Shown here piece by piece: positions 32,731 to 42,678 of a DNA stretch of 64,000 bases. The notes beneath the pieces were generated by a model, which saw nothing but the letters and a program-made list of their open reading frames with translations, made no database searches and was not told the origin of the DNA. Every line of letters begins with the position of its first letter. Positions within the stretch are counted from its first letter, which is position 1. Source of the stretch: Ignavibacteriaceae bacterium (GTDB taxonomy: Bacteria > Bacteroidota > Ignavibacteria > Ignavibacteriales > Ignavibacteriaceae); assembly GCA_013359345.1 (NCBI GenBank), contig JABWCA010000002.1, positions 740 through 64,739 on the forward strand, written 5' to 3'. The translations under genes and the position numbers were made by a program.

Positions 32731-35700
32731 CCCTCTGCGGCTTCTCCCCTCACTTTTTTATCTCTCAGTTCCAGCAGTTCAGATATCTCAGCAATAAATC
32801 TGGTTACATACTCAATCATTTTTTCGGGCGACTCAAATTTAGCGTTTATAACCAGTTTTACAGATTCTTTTTCCTGCCTTATTTTAACCGTGCTGTAATG
32901 ACGCTCCATGATGTGTTTCATCACCACCGGGAAATCCAGTTTGTAAAACTCTTCTTTATCTGCAGAGGGAAGAACTATGATGATTCCCTGTCTCTGCAGA
33001 ATCACCCTTTCGAGCTGAAGTTCTGCCGCGTGAAACTTGATCACTGCTACTCCCATGAGCCTTCTTAAGTTTACGGGCATCGGTCCGAATCTGTCCGTGA
33101 GTTCTTCTTTAATATCTTCGAGGTCACTCAGATTCTGAAGACTCAGAAGGGCGGTGTAGAAGCTGAGCCTGTCTGTCTGCTCGGGCATATAATTAGCCGG
33201 AATGCCGATATCAAAGAAGGTGTCGATCGAAGGATCTGTTTTCTGCTTCTGCTTCGGTTTGTCTTTGAACAGATCATAAAATTCCTGATACTTCAGTTCC
33301 TCAACCGCCTCATTCACGAGCTTCATGTACATATCAAAACCGACTTCATTAATGAATCCGCTCTGCTCTGTGCCAAGAAGGTTTCCTGCTCCGCGTATTT
33401 CCAGATCACGCATCGCAATGCTGAATCCGGAGCCGAGATCTGTGAATTCCTCAATAACCTTCAGCCTCTCAATTGTCTTCTTCTGAAGTCCGCTGAATGT
33501 CGGTACAAGAAAGTATGCATAAGCCTGACGGTCAGATCTGCCAACCCTTCCCCTTAACTGGTGAAGTTCAGCAAGACCGAATCTGTCTGCACGGTTCACA
33601 ATTATCGTATTTACATTAGGGATATCAATTCCCGACTCAATGATTTTGGTTGAGAGAAGAATGTCATACTTTCTGTTCTGAAATCCGTGGATCACATCCT
33701 CAAGCTCAAGGGGTTTCATCTGTCCGTGAGCAATCCCCATTTTAATTTCGGGAATGTGTTTTTTCAGATAGTCTGCAAATCTGTAAATTGACTGAATGCG
33801 GTCATGAACAATATAAACCTGTCCGTTACGCTTCATCTCAAAGTGAATCCATTCCCTGATCTTTTTGATATCAAAGACCGCAACCTTTGTGTAAATGGGC
33901 TGCCTGTTAGGAGGAGGAGTTCCGATTATGGATAGATCCCTTGCTCCGTGCAGTGAAAAGTTCAGAGTTCTTGGTATGGGTGTCGCAGTGAGAGTCAGGG
34001 TATCAACGTTGAGCTTTTTCGATCTGAGGTTCTCTTTTGCCTTAACCCCGAAACGGTGTTCTTCATCTATTATCAGAAGTCCGAGGTCATGAAAGGTCAC
34101 ATCTTTTGATAACAGCCTGTGTGTGCCCACAAGTACATCAACCTTGTTTTCCTTGACACCCTGAACTATTTCCTTTTGCTTCATTTTGGTCTGGAACCTT
34201 GAAAGGCACTCAACCCTTGCCGGAAACTGTGAAAGCCTGTCTCTGAATGTATTGTAATGCTGCTCGGCAAGGATTGTTGTCGGTACCAGAACAGCAACCT
34301 GTTTTCCGTCCTGAACAGCCTTGAACGCGGCGCGCACAGCAATTTCAGTTTTACCAAAACCGACATCACCGCACACAAGCCTGTCCATCGGACTTGGTGT
34401 TTCCATATCTTCCTTGACTTCGGCCACCACCTTTATCTGATCAGGAGTGTCTTCATAAATAAAGCTTGCCTCAAGCTCTTTCTGCCATACTGTATCTGTG
34501 CTGAACTGAAAACCCTTAGCTGATTTTCTTCTCGCATAGAGTTCAATGAGATCCCGTGCGAGCTCCTTGATTTTTTTCTTTGTTCTTGCCTTGGCGTTAA
34601 GCCAGGTGTTTGAACCAAGTGTTGAGAGTGAAGGAACAGCCCCTTCTTTTGATGAATATTTTTTAACGAGATGGAGATAGTTTAAGTTTACGTATACAAT
34701 TCCAGCTTCATTAAAAATCAGTTTCATTGTTTCCTGCTCGGCTTCGCCTATTTTTATCTGGCTCAGCCCGGCATATTTTGCAATGCCGTATTCTTCGTGA
34801 ACAACAAAATCACCGGGAACAATTGAAAGAAATTCTTTTTTCCTTGATTTCTTTCTGTTTTTGATGTTCGGAATTTTAGTGCGGTAAGGTTTCCCGAAAA
34901 TCTGGTAATCGGTCAGGAAAAGCATTTTTTCAGATCTTGATGTGAATCCTGATTTCAGCGGGAGTGTTTCAAAATGAATCGTTCCGTCTGTTATAAAGTC
35001 GGCAAGTTCCTGTCTCAGTTCCGTGAAGAGATCGCGCAGACGACCCGTCTGAATATCATTTTCTGCAGTGATAATGATTTTGAAATTTTTATCAAGGAAT
35101 CCTTTAACCTGCCCGAACAACATTTCATAACTTGAATTTATTGAGGGGGCAGATGAAAACCCGAGATCATATTTCACACCCGGTTCGCTGATTTCACTAA
35201 TCAGAATCCAGCGGCAGTTATTTCTTGAAAGGACGTAACTGATAAGTTTTTGATCTGATACCTGAATGTCATCTTCTTCACCGTCTGATAAATCATCATC
35301 ATCCGGAAAATCATCAAGATAGATGTTTTCATCTGTTTTCCCCCCATCCTGCGGTTTTTCTTCTTTTTCAGGGAGAACATAGTCTGTCAGCGACCGGTCA
35401 AACTCATGTTTATGAGCAACGGTAAGTAATTCATCAATATATTCAAAGATGTCAGATTTTTCCTGATTTTCATCAAGGAAGAGTTTTTCCATATTTTCGG
35501 AAACCACGGATTCATCAATCTTTTCAACTGATCTCTGGCTCTCCGGATCAAAAACTCTGAGCGATTCCACAAAATCACCGTCGAACTCAATTCTTACCGG
35601 GTTTTTTTCGCTGTAAGACCAGAGGTCAATGATTGAACCTCTTACCGCATAAGTGCCCCGCTCTGCGACAAACTTCTCTGACCTGTATTCGAATTTATCA

Positions 35701-36137
35701 AGCAGATCTGTGAGATAAGAGTATTCAATATTTGCACCCATTTTTATGGAATACAAATTTTGCTCAACCTGTTTACGGGGAGGGAGTTTTACTGTCAGCA
35801 GCCTGAAAGTGGATATGATAAGCGCTTCTTCAGATTTAAGAATTTCGCTTATTTTTTCCTGGATTGCTGTTACTGTGAATTCATCAATCTGAATTATCTT
35901 TTTATCAGGATAAAGAAGAGTTAATTCAACTGCGAATTCATTTACGGTTAGCTGCTTTTCAAAAAGAAAAAGTATTTTATCATATTTACTGATCAGCGAG
36001 CCTGCAAGCAGTGCGTTTGAGGATCCGCTTACACCTGTAACTTCAAATACTTTTTCTGTGCTGTCAGTTAATCCGGTGAGAAATGATTTTACTTCCGGAA
36101 GATAACTGAAGTCATTCAAGATGTTAAATTTTTTCAT
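32727..36137 (-). CDS. mfd: Transcription-repair coupling factor
   Basis: RID region VVHEEYGIAKY, CGDVGFGKTE, DEEHRFG, TATPIPRT, QLRGRVGRS, RDLEIRGAGN. Confidence 0.97.
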   Translation of the reverse strand: MKKFNILNDFSYLPEVKSFLTGLTDSTEKVFEVTGVSGSSNALLAGSLISKYDKILFLFEKQLTVNEFAVELTLLYPDKKIIQIDEFTVTAIQEKISEILKSEEALIISTFRLLTVKLPPRKQVEQNLYSIKMGANIEYSYLTDLLDKFEYRSEKFVAERGTYAVRGSIIDLWSYSEKNPVRIEFDGDFVESLRVFDPESQRSVEKIDESVVSENMEKLFLDENQEKSDIFEYIDELLTVAHKHEFDRSLTDYVLPEKEEKPQDGGKTDENIYLDDFPDDDDLSDGEEDDIQVSDQKLISYVLSRNNCRWILISEISEPGVKYDLGFSSAPSINSSYEMLFGQVKGFLDKNFKIIITAENDIQTGRLRDLFTELRQELADFITDGTIHFETLPLKSGFTSRSEKMLFLTDYQIFGKPYRTKIPNIKNRKKSRKKEFLSIVPGDFVVHEEYGIAKYAGLSQIKIGEAEQETMKLIFNEAGIVYVNLNYLHLVKKYSSKEGAVPSLSTLGSNTWLNAKARTKKKIKELARDLIELYARRKSAKGFQFSTDTVWQKELEASFIYEDTPDQIKVVAEVKEDMETPSPMDRLVCGDVGFGKTEIAVRAAFKAVQDGKQVAVLVPTTILAEQHYNTFRDRLSQFPARVECLSRFQTKMKQKEIVQGVKENKVDVLVGTHRLLSKDVTFHDLGLLIIDEEHRFGVKAKENLRSKKLNVDTLTLTATPIPRTLNFSLHGARDLSIIGTPPPNRQPIYTKVAVFDIKKIREWIHFEMKRNGQVYIVHDRIQSIYRFADYLKKHIPEIKMGIAHGQMKPLELEDVIHGFQNRKYDILLSTKIIESGIDIPNVNTIIVNRADRFGLAELHQLRGRVGRSDRQAYAYFLVPTFSGLQKKTIERLKVIEEFTDLGSGFSIAMRDLEIRGAGNLLGTEQSGFINEVGFDMYMKLVNEAVEELKYQEFYDLFKDKPKQKQKTDPSIDTFFDIGIPANYMPEQTDRLSFYTALLSLQNLSDLEDIKEELTDRFGPMPVNLRRLMGVAVIKFHAAELQLERVILQRQGIIIVLPSADKEEFYKLDFPVVMKHIMERHYSTVKIRQEKESVKLVINAKFESPEKMIEYVTRFIAEISELLELRDKKVRGEAAEG

Positions 36138-36147
36138 CCTCGGAGAA

Positions 36148-36915
36148 TCAGTTAATCGGGATTGAAATTCTGAACAGCGGCGGGGGAGGAGCCGCTTCTT
36201 TTTCTTTTAATTTATTTTTATGGCGATCATTAATAAACTGAGCCGTCAGATATCCTATCGCTGAGCCCATAACGGTGTCGCTCAACCAGTGAACGTTATT
36301 GTATACGCGTGCAAAAGCCCCGAGAGCCGCAACAGTGTATAATGCCGTCTGAAAGTATGGGTCACTGTTTTCGCCGGCAAGTATCCCCGCAACAGCCCAG
36401 ATAAAATTGCTGTGGCCTGAGGGAAAGGAAGTTTTTTCCCAGCTTGTCTGAAAAAAATTAAACTCACCGTTATCATCTGTCTTAAACGGCCTTGTTCTCC
36501 CGGCGGTCATCTTTATTATGTTTGTTATAAGTGTTGAGTAGACTATCGATTCGCCTAATCTCAGGCCAAGCGACTGGTTCTTCCCGTTACCGGAAATAAG
36601 TCCGTGAAGATAGAGAAGAGCAGTGCCTGCTCCCAGCACTTCGATGTAATATTTATCGAAAACAAAAACCGCATCCAGAAACGGTGTTTTATTATTCTGT
36701 GTGAAATGCTTCATTTCTTTATCTATGAAATACGAAGCAGTGGTAAGTGAAAGAGTTGTAAGATACGCTATCGTTTCCTGCTGTTTATCCGGCGGAATCT
36801 CTTTTAACAGATCCGCACCTGTATTTCCGAACTCTTTCAGATCCTCACCGAATGACTGACTGTATGTCTCTCCGGCGGCGAGAATAAATACCAAAACTAA
36901 AAAGTATGCTCTCAA
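36148..36915 (-). CDS. PAP2-family phosphatase
   Basis: KMTAGRTRP, SFPSGH, RVYNNVHWLSD. Confidence 0.9.
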   Translation of the reverse strand: MRAYFLVLVFILAAGETYSQSFGEDLKEFGNTGADLLKEIPPDKQQETIAYLTTLSLTTASYFIDKEMKHFTQNNKTPFLDAVFVFDKYYIEVLGAGTALLYLHGLISGNGKNQSLGLRLGESIVYSTLITNIIKMTAGRTRPFKTDDNGEFNFFQTSWEKTSFPSGHSNFIWAVAGILAGENSDPYFQTALYTVAALGAFARVYNNVHWLSDTVMGSAIGYLTAQFINDRHKNKLKEKEAAPPPPLFRISIPIN

Positions 36916-36916
36916 A

Positions 36917-37852
36917 TCAGACCGTCATCTCAATTGCGTTTCTTACAAAACCATCGCTTAACTGAAGCCTTCTTCCGGCTTCTTCTTTCGTTACGCCGGC
37001 CTTAATCATAACCAGTGCTGTTTTTACATGCCAGTCTGCCGCGTTCAGGTAAGAGGTTGATTCTTCATAAGAGAGACCGGTAATTGTCATGACAACTCTC
37101 TTAGCCCTTTCAACAAGCTTCTTGTTTGTCATCTGGAGATCAATCATCATGTTCTCGTATACCTTGCCGAGCCTTATCATTGAAGTTGTTGTCAGCATAT
37201 TCAGTACCAGTTTCTGAGCGGTGCCGCTTTTCATTCTCGTTGAACCCATGACAACTTCAGGTCCCACATAAGGACACATTGCAACATCAACGCCCTCAAT
37301 GTTAAAGCTTTCTCTGGGTGTGCATGTGATATACAAAGTTACAGCACCAAGCTCTTTGGCTTTTTTGATTGCCCCGACAACATAAGGGGTTCTTCTGCTT
37401 GCGGCTATTCCGCAAACCACATCTTTTGATGTAACACCGGCAGCCACAACGTCTGCTGCTCCGCTTGATTCCTTATCTTCGGCGCCTTCCTGTGCCTTGA
37501 ACATTGCCTCCTTGCCGCCTGCTATAAATCCCTGTACCATCTCTGGAGGTGTTCCGTAAGTGGGGGGGCACTCTGATGCGTCCACCACTCCTAAACGTCC
37601 GCTGGTTCCCGCACCGAAATAGAGAAGCCTGCCTCCGTTTTTAAATGCCTTTACAATATGGTTTACTGCTTCTTCAATGTAGGGAATTTCATGCTCTACA
37701 GCGAGAGGTACTTTTTTGTCTTCGCTGTTTATTATCTCAAGAACCTCCCTTACAGATTTTGCATCAATTTCCATTGATGCGGGATTTCTTTGTTCTGTTG
37801 CAAGGTTCGCAATTTCGTGAAAAAAACTTTTATTGTGCTCAGAAGAATTCAT
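36917..37852 (-). CDS. murQ: N-acetylmuramic acid 6-phosphate etherase
   Basis: TEQRNP, GAGTSGRLG, DASECPPTY, GPEVVMGSTRMKSGTAQK. Confidence 0.97.
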   Translation of the reverse strand: MNSSEHNKSFFHEIANLATEQRNPASMEIDAKSVREVLEIINSEDKKVPLAVEHEIPYIEEAVNHIVKAFKNGGRLLYFGAGTSGRLGVVDASECPPTYGTPPEMVQGFIAGGKEAMFKAQEGAEDKESSGAADVVAAGVTSKDVVCGIAASRRTPYVVGAIKKAKELGAVTLYITCTPRESFNIEGVDVAMCPYVGPEVVMGSTRMKSGTAQKLVLNMLTTTSMIRLGKVYENMMIDLQMTNKKLVERAKRVVMTITGLSYEESTSYLNAADWHVKTALVMIKAGVTKEEAGRRLQLSDGFVRNAIEMTV

Positions 37853-38532
37853 TTATTGATCTCAAGAAGAACAAGCTTCTTGCCTTTCACATTTTTAAGA
37901 TTAGTGGGCTTGTAGTGTAATTCATAAACTGTGTGCTTTTTGATGCAGTGCTTGAACTTCAGATACATGGCATCAAACTCTTCGGCTATGTCGCCGCCCT
38001 TCATGGCGAGAACCCAGGCTTTCTGTTTAATTAAAGGGAGAGCGTAACGCATAAGTACTATGAGAGGTACAGTTGCCCTTGATACGACAAGATCAAAGGA
38101 ACCGTGATGACGTGCAATGAATTCAGGATCTTCAACCCTTGAGTTTTCCACCTTTACATTGATGAGCATGAGTTTTTCTATGAACTCTTCAACTGCCGTT
38201 GTTTTTTTTGCAATTGAATCAACGAGCACTCCCCTCATTTCCGGTTTTACGATTGCTACCGGGATTCCGGGGAAGCCTCCTCCGGTTCCGATATCGATAT
38301 AACTGAAGCACCGTTCAGGAATAAATTTGCTGATATATGCCGATATGAAAATGTGATTTTCAATTATCGACTGGATATCCTTTCTGGACACCAGATTTAT
38401 AACGCTGTTTTTGTTTATAACGAGTTCTGCAAACTGGATCAGTCTTTCAATCTGTTCCTCATCGGGGCGAAGGTCATTTTCCCAGTAAAATGTTGTTAAC
38501 TGGCGGTAAAGATCCTGCTCCTGTACTTCCAT
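37849..38532 (-). CDS. rsmG: 16S rRNA m7G527 methyltransferase
   Basis: DIGTGGGFPGIP, VSRA, MKG; follows mnmG. Confidence 0.95.
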   Translation of the reverse strand: MEVQEQDLYRQLTTFYWENDLRPDEEQIERLIQFAELVINKNSVINLVSRKDIQSIIENHIFISAYISKFIPERCFSYIDIGTGGGFPGIPVAIVKPEMRGVLVDSIAKKTTAVEEFIEKLMLINVKVENSRVEDPEFIARHHGSFDLVVSRATVPLIVLMRYALPLIKQKAWVLAMKGGDIAEEFDAMYLKFKHCIKKHTVYELHYKPTNLKNVKGKKLVLLEINK

Positions 38533-38554
38533 CGTTCTCCCGGAATAATTCAGA

Positions 38555-40435
38555 TTACTTGCGTAAATATACCAATAAAATACTAATGTCTGAGGGAGTA
38601 ACCCCTGAAATTCTGCTTGCCTGACCTATGGATCTTGGCTTATGTCTGATCAGTTTTTCTCTTCCTTCTGCCGAAAGTGCTTTGATCGTTCCGAAATCAA
38701 GCTCCGACGGAATTCTGAGATCCTCATATTTTTCAAGCTTTGCAACCGCCTCATGCTGACGCATAATGTAGCCGTTATATTTGACCTCAATCTGAATCTG
38801 TTCGCAGATTTCATCATCCGCCAGAATTTCAGTGAGTTCACCTGATCCGTTCCTGTTGCCTAGCAGACCCCTTATATCCGAGAGTTCCACTTCCGGTCTT
38901 TTGCTTAGTTTTTCAAGCGTCTCTGAGAATTCTATTTCTGATGTTCCTTTTTCCTTCAGATAGTAATTAACTGCCAGCGGTTCCAGTTTTACTTTTCCGA
39001 GCAGATCAAGTCCTGAGATTATCAGTTTTTCCTTGGTTTCAAGTCTCTCCAGCTCATCGTCACTTACAAGCCCGATTTCATGTCCGTAGCGTGAAAGGCG
39101 TCTGTCTGCATTATCGGCCCTCAGCAGAAGCCTGTGTTCTGCCCTTGATGTGAACATTCTGTACGGTTCATCCGTTGATTTATTAACCAGATCGTCTATG
39201 AGTACACCTATGTAGGCCTCACTTCTTTTCAGAACAAAATCTGGTCTTCCCTGAATTTTAAGTGCCGCGTTTATTCCGGCAATCAGGCCCTGGGCGGCCG
39301 CTTCCTCATAACCTGAGGTTCCGTTGATCTGACCGGCAAAATAAAGGCCTGATACCATCTTGGTTTCAAGCGTAAGATCAACCTGATGAGGAGGAAAGAA
39401 ATCATACTCCACCGCATAACCTGCTCTGATCATTTCAACTTCTTCCAGACCCTTTATAAGCTTAAGCGCTTCAAGCTGTACTTCCGCAGGAAGCGAAGTT
39501 GAAAAACCATTCACATATATAAGATCAGTGTCAAGACCTTCCGGCTCAAGAAAAAGCTGGTGTTTTTCTTTATCGGCAAATCTTACAATTTTATCTTCAA
39601 TAGAAGGGCAGTATCTGGGACCAACACCTTTTATCAGACCCATAAACATGGGCGATCTGTCAAAACCCGTTTCAAGAATTTTGTGGACTTTTTCATGAGT
39701 GTAAGTAAGATGGCAGTTTACCTGCGGCAGAAAGGGAAACTTACTCTTATCAGTTTTATGTGAAAAAGGTTTCGGATCTGTATCTCCCGGCTGTTCTTCA
39801 AGAATGTCCCAGTTTATTGAATCTTTCTTTAACCGCGGCGGAGTGCCCGTTTTTAATCTTCCTGATTCAAAACCTGCTTTAACCAGGCTCTCTGTTATTC
39901 CCGTTGCGGGATTCTCCCCGAATCTTCCACCTTTTACTGCGCTGAGGCCTGTGTGCATAAGTCCGTTAAGAAAAGTGCCTGAACATAAAACAACCGCCCG
40001 GGCCTCAATTATTTCCCCTTCGGCTGTTCTTACTCCGGTTATTTTATTGTTTTCAATTTCAATACCTGTTATTGATTTTGCCGTTATATAAAGGTTTGGT
40101 ACTGATTCAACATATTTTAATGCTTCGGAGCTGTATATTTTCCTGTCATTCTGGCTTCTTGGTGACCAGACAGCCGGTCCTTTTGATCTGTTTAACATCC
40201 TGAACTGAATACCGGAGTTGTCTGCAATTATTCCCATAGCTCCGCCAAGGGCATCTATTTCTCTTACGAGGTGGCCTTTAGCGGTGCCTCCTATAGCAGG
40301 ATTGCATGACATTCTCCCGATCGCATATTTATCCATCGTTACAAGAGCGGTTACACAACCCATCTTTGCGGCTGCAGCTGCAGCTTCAATTCCCGCATGG
40401 CCGCCGCCTATAACAATCACATCAAACTTGTTCAT
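38555..40435 (-). CDS. mnmG: tRNA U34 carboxymethylaminomethyl modification enzyme MnmG
   Basis: [38 protein letters not shown]. Confidence 0.98.
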   Translation of the reverse strand: MNKFDVIVIGGGHAGIEAAAAAAKMGCVTALVTMDKYAIGRMSCNPAIGGTAKGHLVREIDALGGAMGIIADNSGIQFRMLNRSKGPAVWSPRSQNDRKIYSSEALKYVESVPNLYITAKSITGIEIENNKITGVRTAEGEIIEARAVVLCSGTFLNGLMHTGLSAVKGGRFGENPATGITESLVKAGFESGRLKTGTPPRLKKDSINWDILEEQPGDTDPKPFSHKTDKSKFPFLPQVNCHLTYTHEKVHKILETGFDRSPMFMGLIKGVGPRYCPSIEDKIVRFADKEKHQLFLEPEGLDTDLIYVNGFSTSLPAEVQLEALKLIKGLEEVEMIRAGYAVEYDFFPPHQVDLTLETKMVSGLYFAGQINGTSGYEEAAAQGLIAGINAALKIQGRPDFVLKRSEAYIGVLIDDLVNKSTDEPYRMFTSRAEHRLLLRADNADRRLSRYGHEIGLVSDDELERLETKEKLIISGLDLLGKVKLEPLAVNYYLKEKGTSEIEFSETLEKLSKRPEVELSDIRGLLGNRNGSGELTEILADDEICEQIQIEVKYNGYIMRQHEAVAKLEKYEDLRIPSELDFGTIKALSAEGREKLIRHKPRSIGQASRISGVTPSDISILLVYLRK

Positions 40436-40447
40436 TAATTCTTTCTG

Positions 40448-40463
40448 TGTTTCACGTGAAACT
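40448..40463. promoter_or_regulatory. parS: parS site 1
   Basis: TGTTTCACGTGAAACT, 15/16 match to TGTTTCACGTGAAACA. Confidence 0.9.
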
Positions 40464-40578
40464 ATTTAAACTTGATTTTTTGAATCTGCAAATATACTAA
40501 ATAGTGAACAGCCGAAAGGTCAAAATAATTTCAGAGGGATTGCGAAAAGTGCCAGGTGCAGAAAATTACACCTGACAC

Positions 40579-40594
40579 TGTTTCACGTGAAACT
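40579..40594. promoter_or_regulatory. parS: parS site 2
   Basis: TGTTTCACGTGAAACT, identical to site 1 over 19 bp including the following ATT. Confidence 0.9.
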
Positions 40595-40608
40595 ATTATA
40601 AACGGAAG

Positions 40609-41967
40609 TTATTTGCCTATGCAGAAGTTTAGGAAGATGTTGTTGAGAATGTCATCTGTTGAGATGGCACCAACAATCTCTGCCAGGGCAGCTTCTGAAT
40701 TTCTTATATCAACCGAGATAAACTCACCAGTTAAGCCAGCACGGACGGTTTCTTTTGCAGTTATGAGGTGCTGACGGGCTCTTTTAAGGCAGTCAAGGTG
40801 ACGGGCAGAGGTAATAATTGCAGTTTTTTCTGTGTAGGTGGTTTGTCCGCTCACTTTATTTCTCATGTAGTCAAAGAGGTGATTAATGCCGGTTCCGTTT
40901 TTAACGGAGATATAAATATCAGCATCAGGAAGTGTTTCACCCCCCGCAAGATCTGTTTTATTCATTACCCGTATGACATTTGAAGGATCAGTTAGTGAGG
41001 TCACCTCCTGATAAAGTGTGCTGTTAAACTGCTGAACAACATCACTGATGAAAAGAACGAGATCAGCGGAACTGATGGTTTCACGGCTCCTGATAACGCC
41101 TTCGCTTTCTATAACGTCGGATGTTTTCCGGATTCCGGCAGTATCAAAAAGGCGGTACATAATACCGTCTATCACAACATCCTCCCTTATAATATCTCTG
41201 GTCGTTCCGGGAATCTCACTTACTATTGCTCTGTATTCCTTGAGGAAAAAATTAAGGAGTGAAGACTTCCCAACATTCGGCATGCCGACAAGAGCCACAT
41301 TCACGCCATCTCTCAGCACTTTACCGTATCTGAAAGAGGAAATAAGAATATCAAGCTCTTTTACCACGTTATCAATTTTTCCGGTGAGAATATCTTCAGG
41401 GACAAACTCAAGATCTTCCTCGGCAAAATCCAGCTCGAGTTCAACCAGTGAAGAAAGATTAAGGAGCCGCTCTCTCAGATCGTTAACTTTAGATGAAATA
41501 AACCCGTCAATCTGATTTCGGGCGCCTCTTAACGATGCTTCACCAGATGACTGAATCACTGAAACCACAGCCTCAGCCTGGGAGAGGTCCATTCTCCCGT
41601 TAAGATAAGCTCTTTTTGTAAACTCCCCCGGCTCTGCCTGTCTTGCACCTGCTTCAAGAAGCAGTGAAATAATCTTCTGCACAATGAGAGGTGAACCGTG
41701 GCAGCTTATCTCAGCAGAATCTTCACCGGTATAAGAATGGGGTGATCTGTAAACAGAAACGACAACATCATCAACAGTTATCCCCTCACTGTCAGTGATT
41801 TTTCCGTAATGAAGGGTATGGCTTTTACACGCGGCAATTTTTTTTCTGCCGCTGAAAATTTTATCGGTAACCGCAAATGAATCGGGACCCGATAATCTTA
41901 TAACCGAGATTGCCCCCACTCCGGCGGGAGTGGCAAGCGCAACAATTGTTTCTTCTTGTTTTTTCAT
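40609..41967 (-). CDS. mnmE: tRNA modification GTPase MnmE
   Basis: SYTGED, GEFTKRA, GMPNVGKSS, GTTRD, DTAG, C-terminal FCIGK. Confidence 0.98.
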   Translation of the reverse strand: MKKQEETIVALATPAGVGAISVIRLSGPDSFAVTDKIFSGRKKIAACKSHTLHYGKITDSEGITVDDVVVSVYRSPHSYTGEDSAEISCHGSPLIVQKIISLLLEAGARQAEPGEFTKRAYLNGRMDLSQAEAVVSVIQSSGEASLRGARNQIDGFISSKVNDLRERLLNLSSLVELELDFAEEDLEFVPEDILTGKIDNVVKELDILISSFRYGKVLRDGVNVALVGMPNVGKSSLLNFFLKEYRAIVSEIPGTTRDIIREDVVIDGIMYRLFDTAGIRKTSDVIESEGVIRSRETISSADLVLFISDVVQQFNSTLYQEVTSLTDPSNVIRVMNKTDLAGGETLPDADIYISVKNGTGINHLFDYMRNKVSGQTTYTEKTAIITSARHLDCLKRARQHLITAKETVRAGLTGEFISVDIRNSEAALAEIVGAISTDDILNNIFLNFCIGK

Positions 41968-42038
41968 AACCGAAAATTAGTCAAGGATACACTCATTAAC
42001 AAAAAAGGAACATTTGTAAAAGAATTTTTGTCTTAATG

Positions 42039-42054
42039 ATGTATAATTATACAT
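42039..42054. promoter_or_regulatory. Perfect 16-bp palindrome over a TATAAT -10 box (putative RHH operator)
   Basis: ATGTATAATTATACAT, 8 nt upstream of ATG 42063. Confidence 0.7.
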
Positions 42055-42062
42055 TGGCTGAC

Positions 42063-42290
42063 ATGAAAAGAACTCAAATATACCTTGATGATGATATTTA
42101 CGAGATACTCAAAATAGAGAGTAAGCTGAAAAAGAAAAAAATTTCATCACTGATAAGAGACGCATTAAATGAGAAATATATCGGCAGGAATGAAAAAAGC
42201 GATATAATCGGGAATCTCTGCGGAATCTGGAAAGAGAAGCCGGGTGAGCCTGAACATCTCACGGATAAAATGAGACGGAGTAAAAGCTGA
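42063..42290 (+). CDS. Ribbon-helix-helix (CopG-like) antitoxin
   Basis: MKRTQIYLDD...SSLIRDAL RHH pattern; 'GIWK' tail; TGATG overlap with the PIN gene. Confidence 0.8.
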   Translation: MKRTQIYLDDDIYEILKIESKLKKKKISSLIRDALNEKYIGRNEKSDIIGNLCGIWKEKPGEPEHLTDKMRRSKS

Positions 42291-42661
42291 TGGAAATCAT
42301 TCTTGACAGCGACGTAATTATCTCTCTCTTAAAGGGAGAGCGTATCGTTACCGGCAGATTCATGGATATTCTGAACGGTAACAGGGTTTTTGTGAGCGCA
42401 GTTACTGTTTCAGAGATCATGTCAATTTCAGAAGAGAATGAAGCTGCCGTGATAGAAAAACTGTTTGAATTACTGAACGTACTTGAAGTGAACAGGGAAA
42501 TAGGGAAACTTGCGGGCAAATTTCTGCGGGAAAGCAGATTCAGTGACGTGCATATCAGCACCGCGTTAATTGCCGCATCATCTGCTTACCACAGGTTTCC
42601 GGTGTGGACTCTGAAAAGGGACAGATACCCTATGCTTGAAGAAACACTTATAGTCTTATAA
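42290..42661 (+). CDS. PIN/VapC-family protein with degenerate active site
   Basis: [14 protein letters not shown], 'TALIAA' in place of DALIAA, 'WTLK' in place of TxN/D. Confidence 0.8.
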   Translation: MEIILDSDVIISLLKGERIVTGRFMDILNGNRVFVSAVTVSEIMSISEENEAAVIEKLFELLNVLEVNREIGKLAGKFLRESRFSDVHISTALIAASSAYHRFPVWTLKRDRYPMLEETLIVL

Positions 42662-42678
42662 GAAAAGGAATAACCGAA

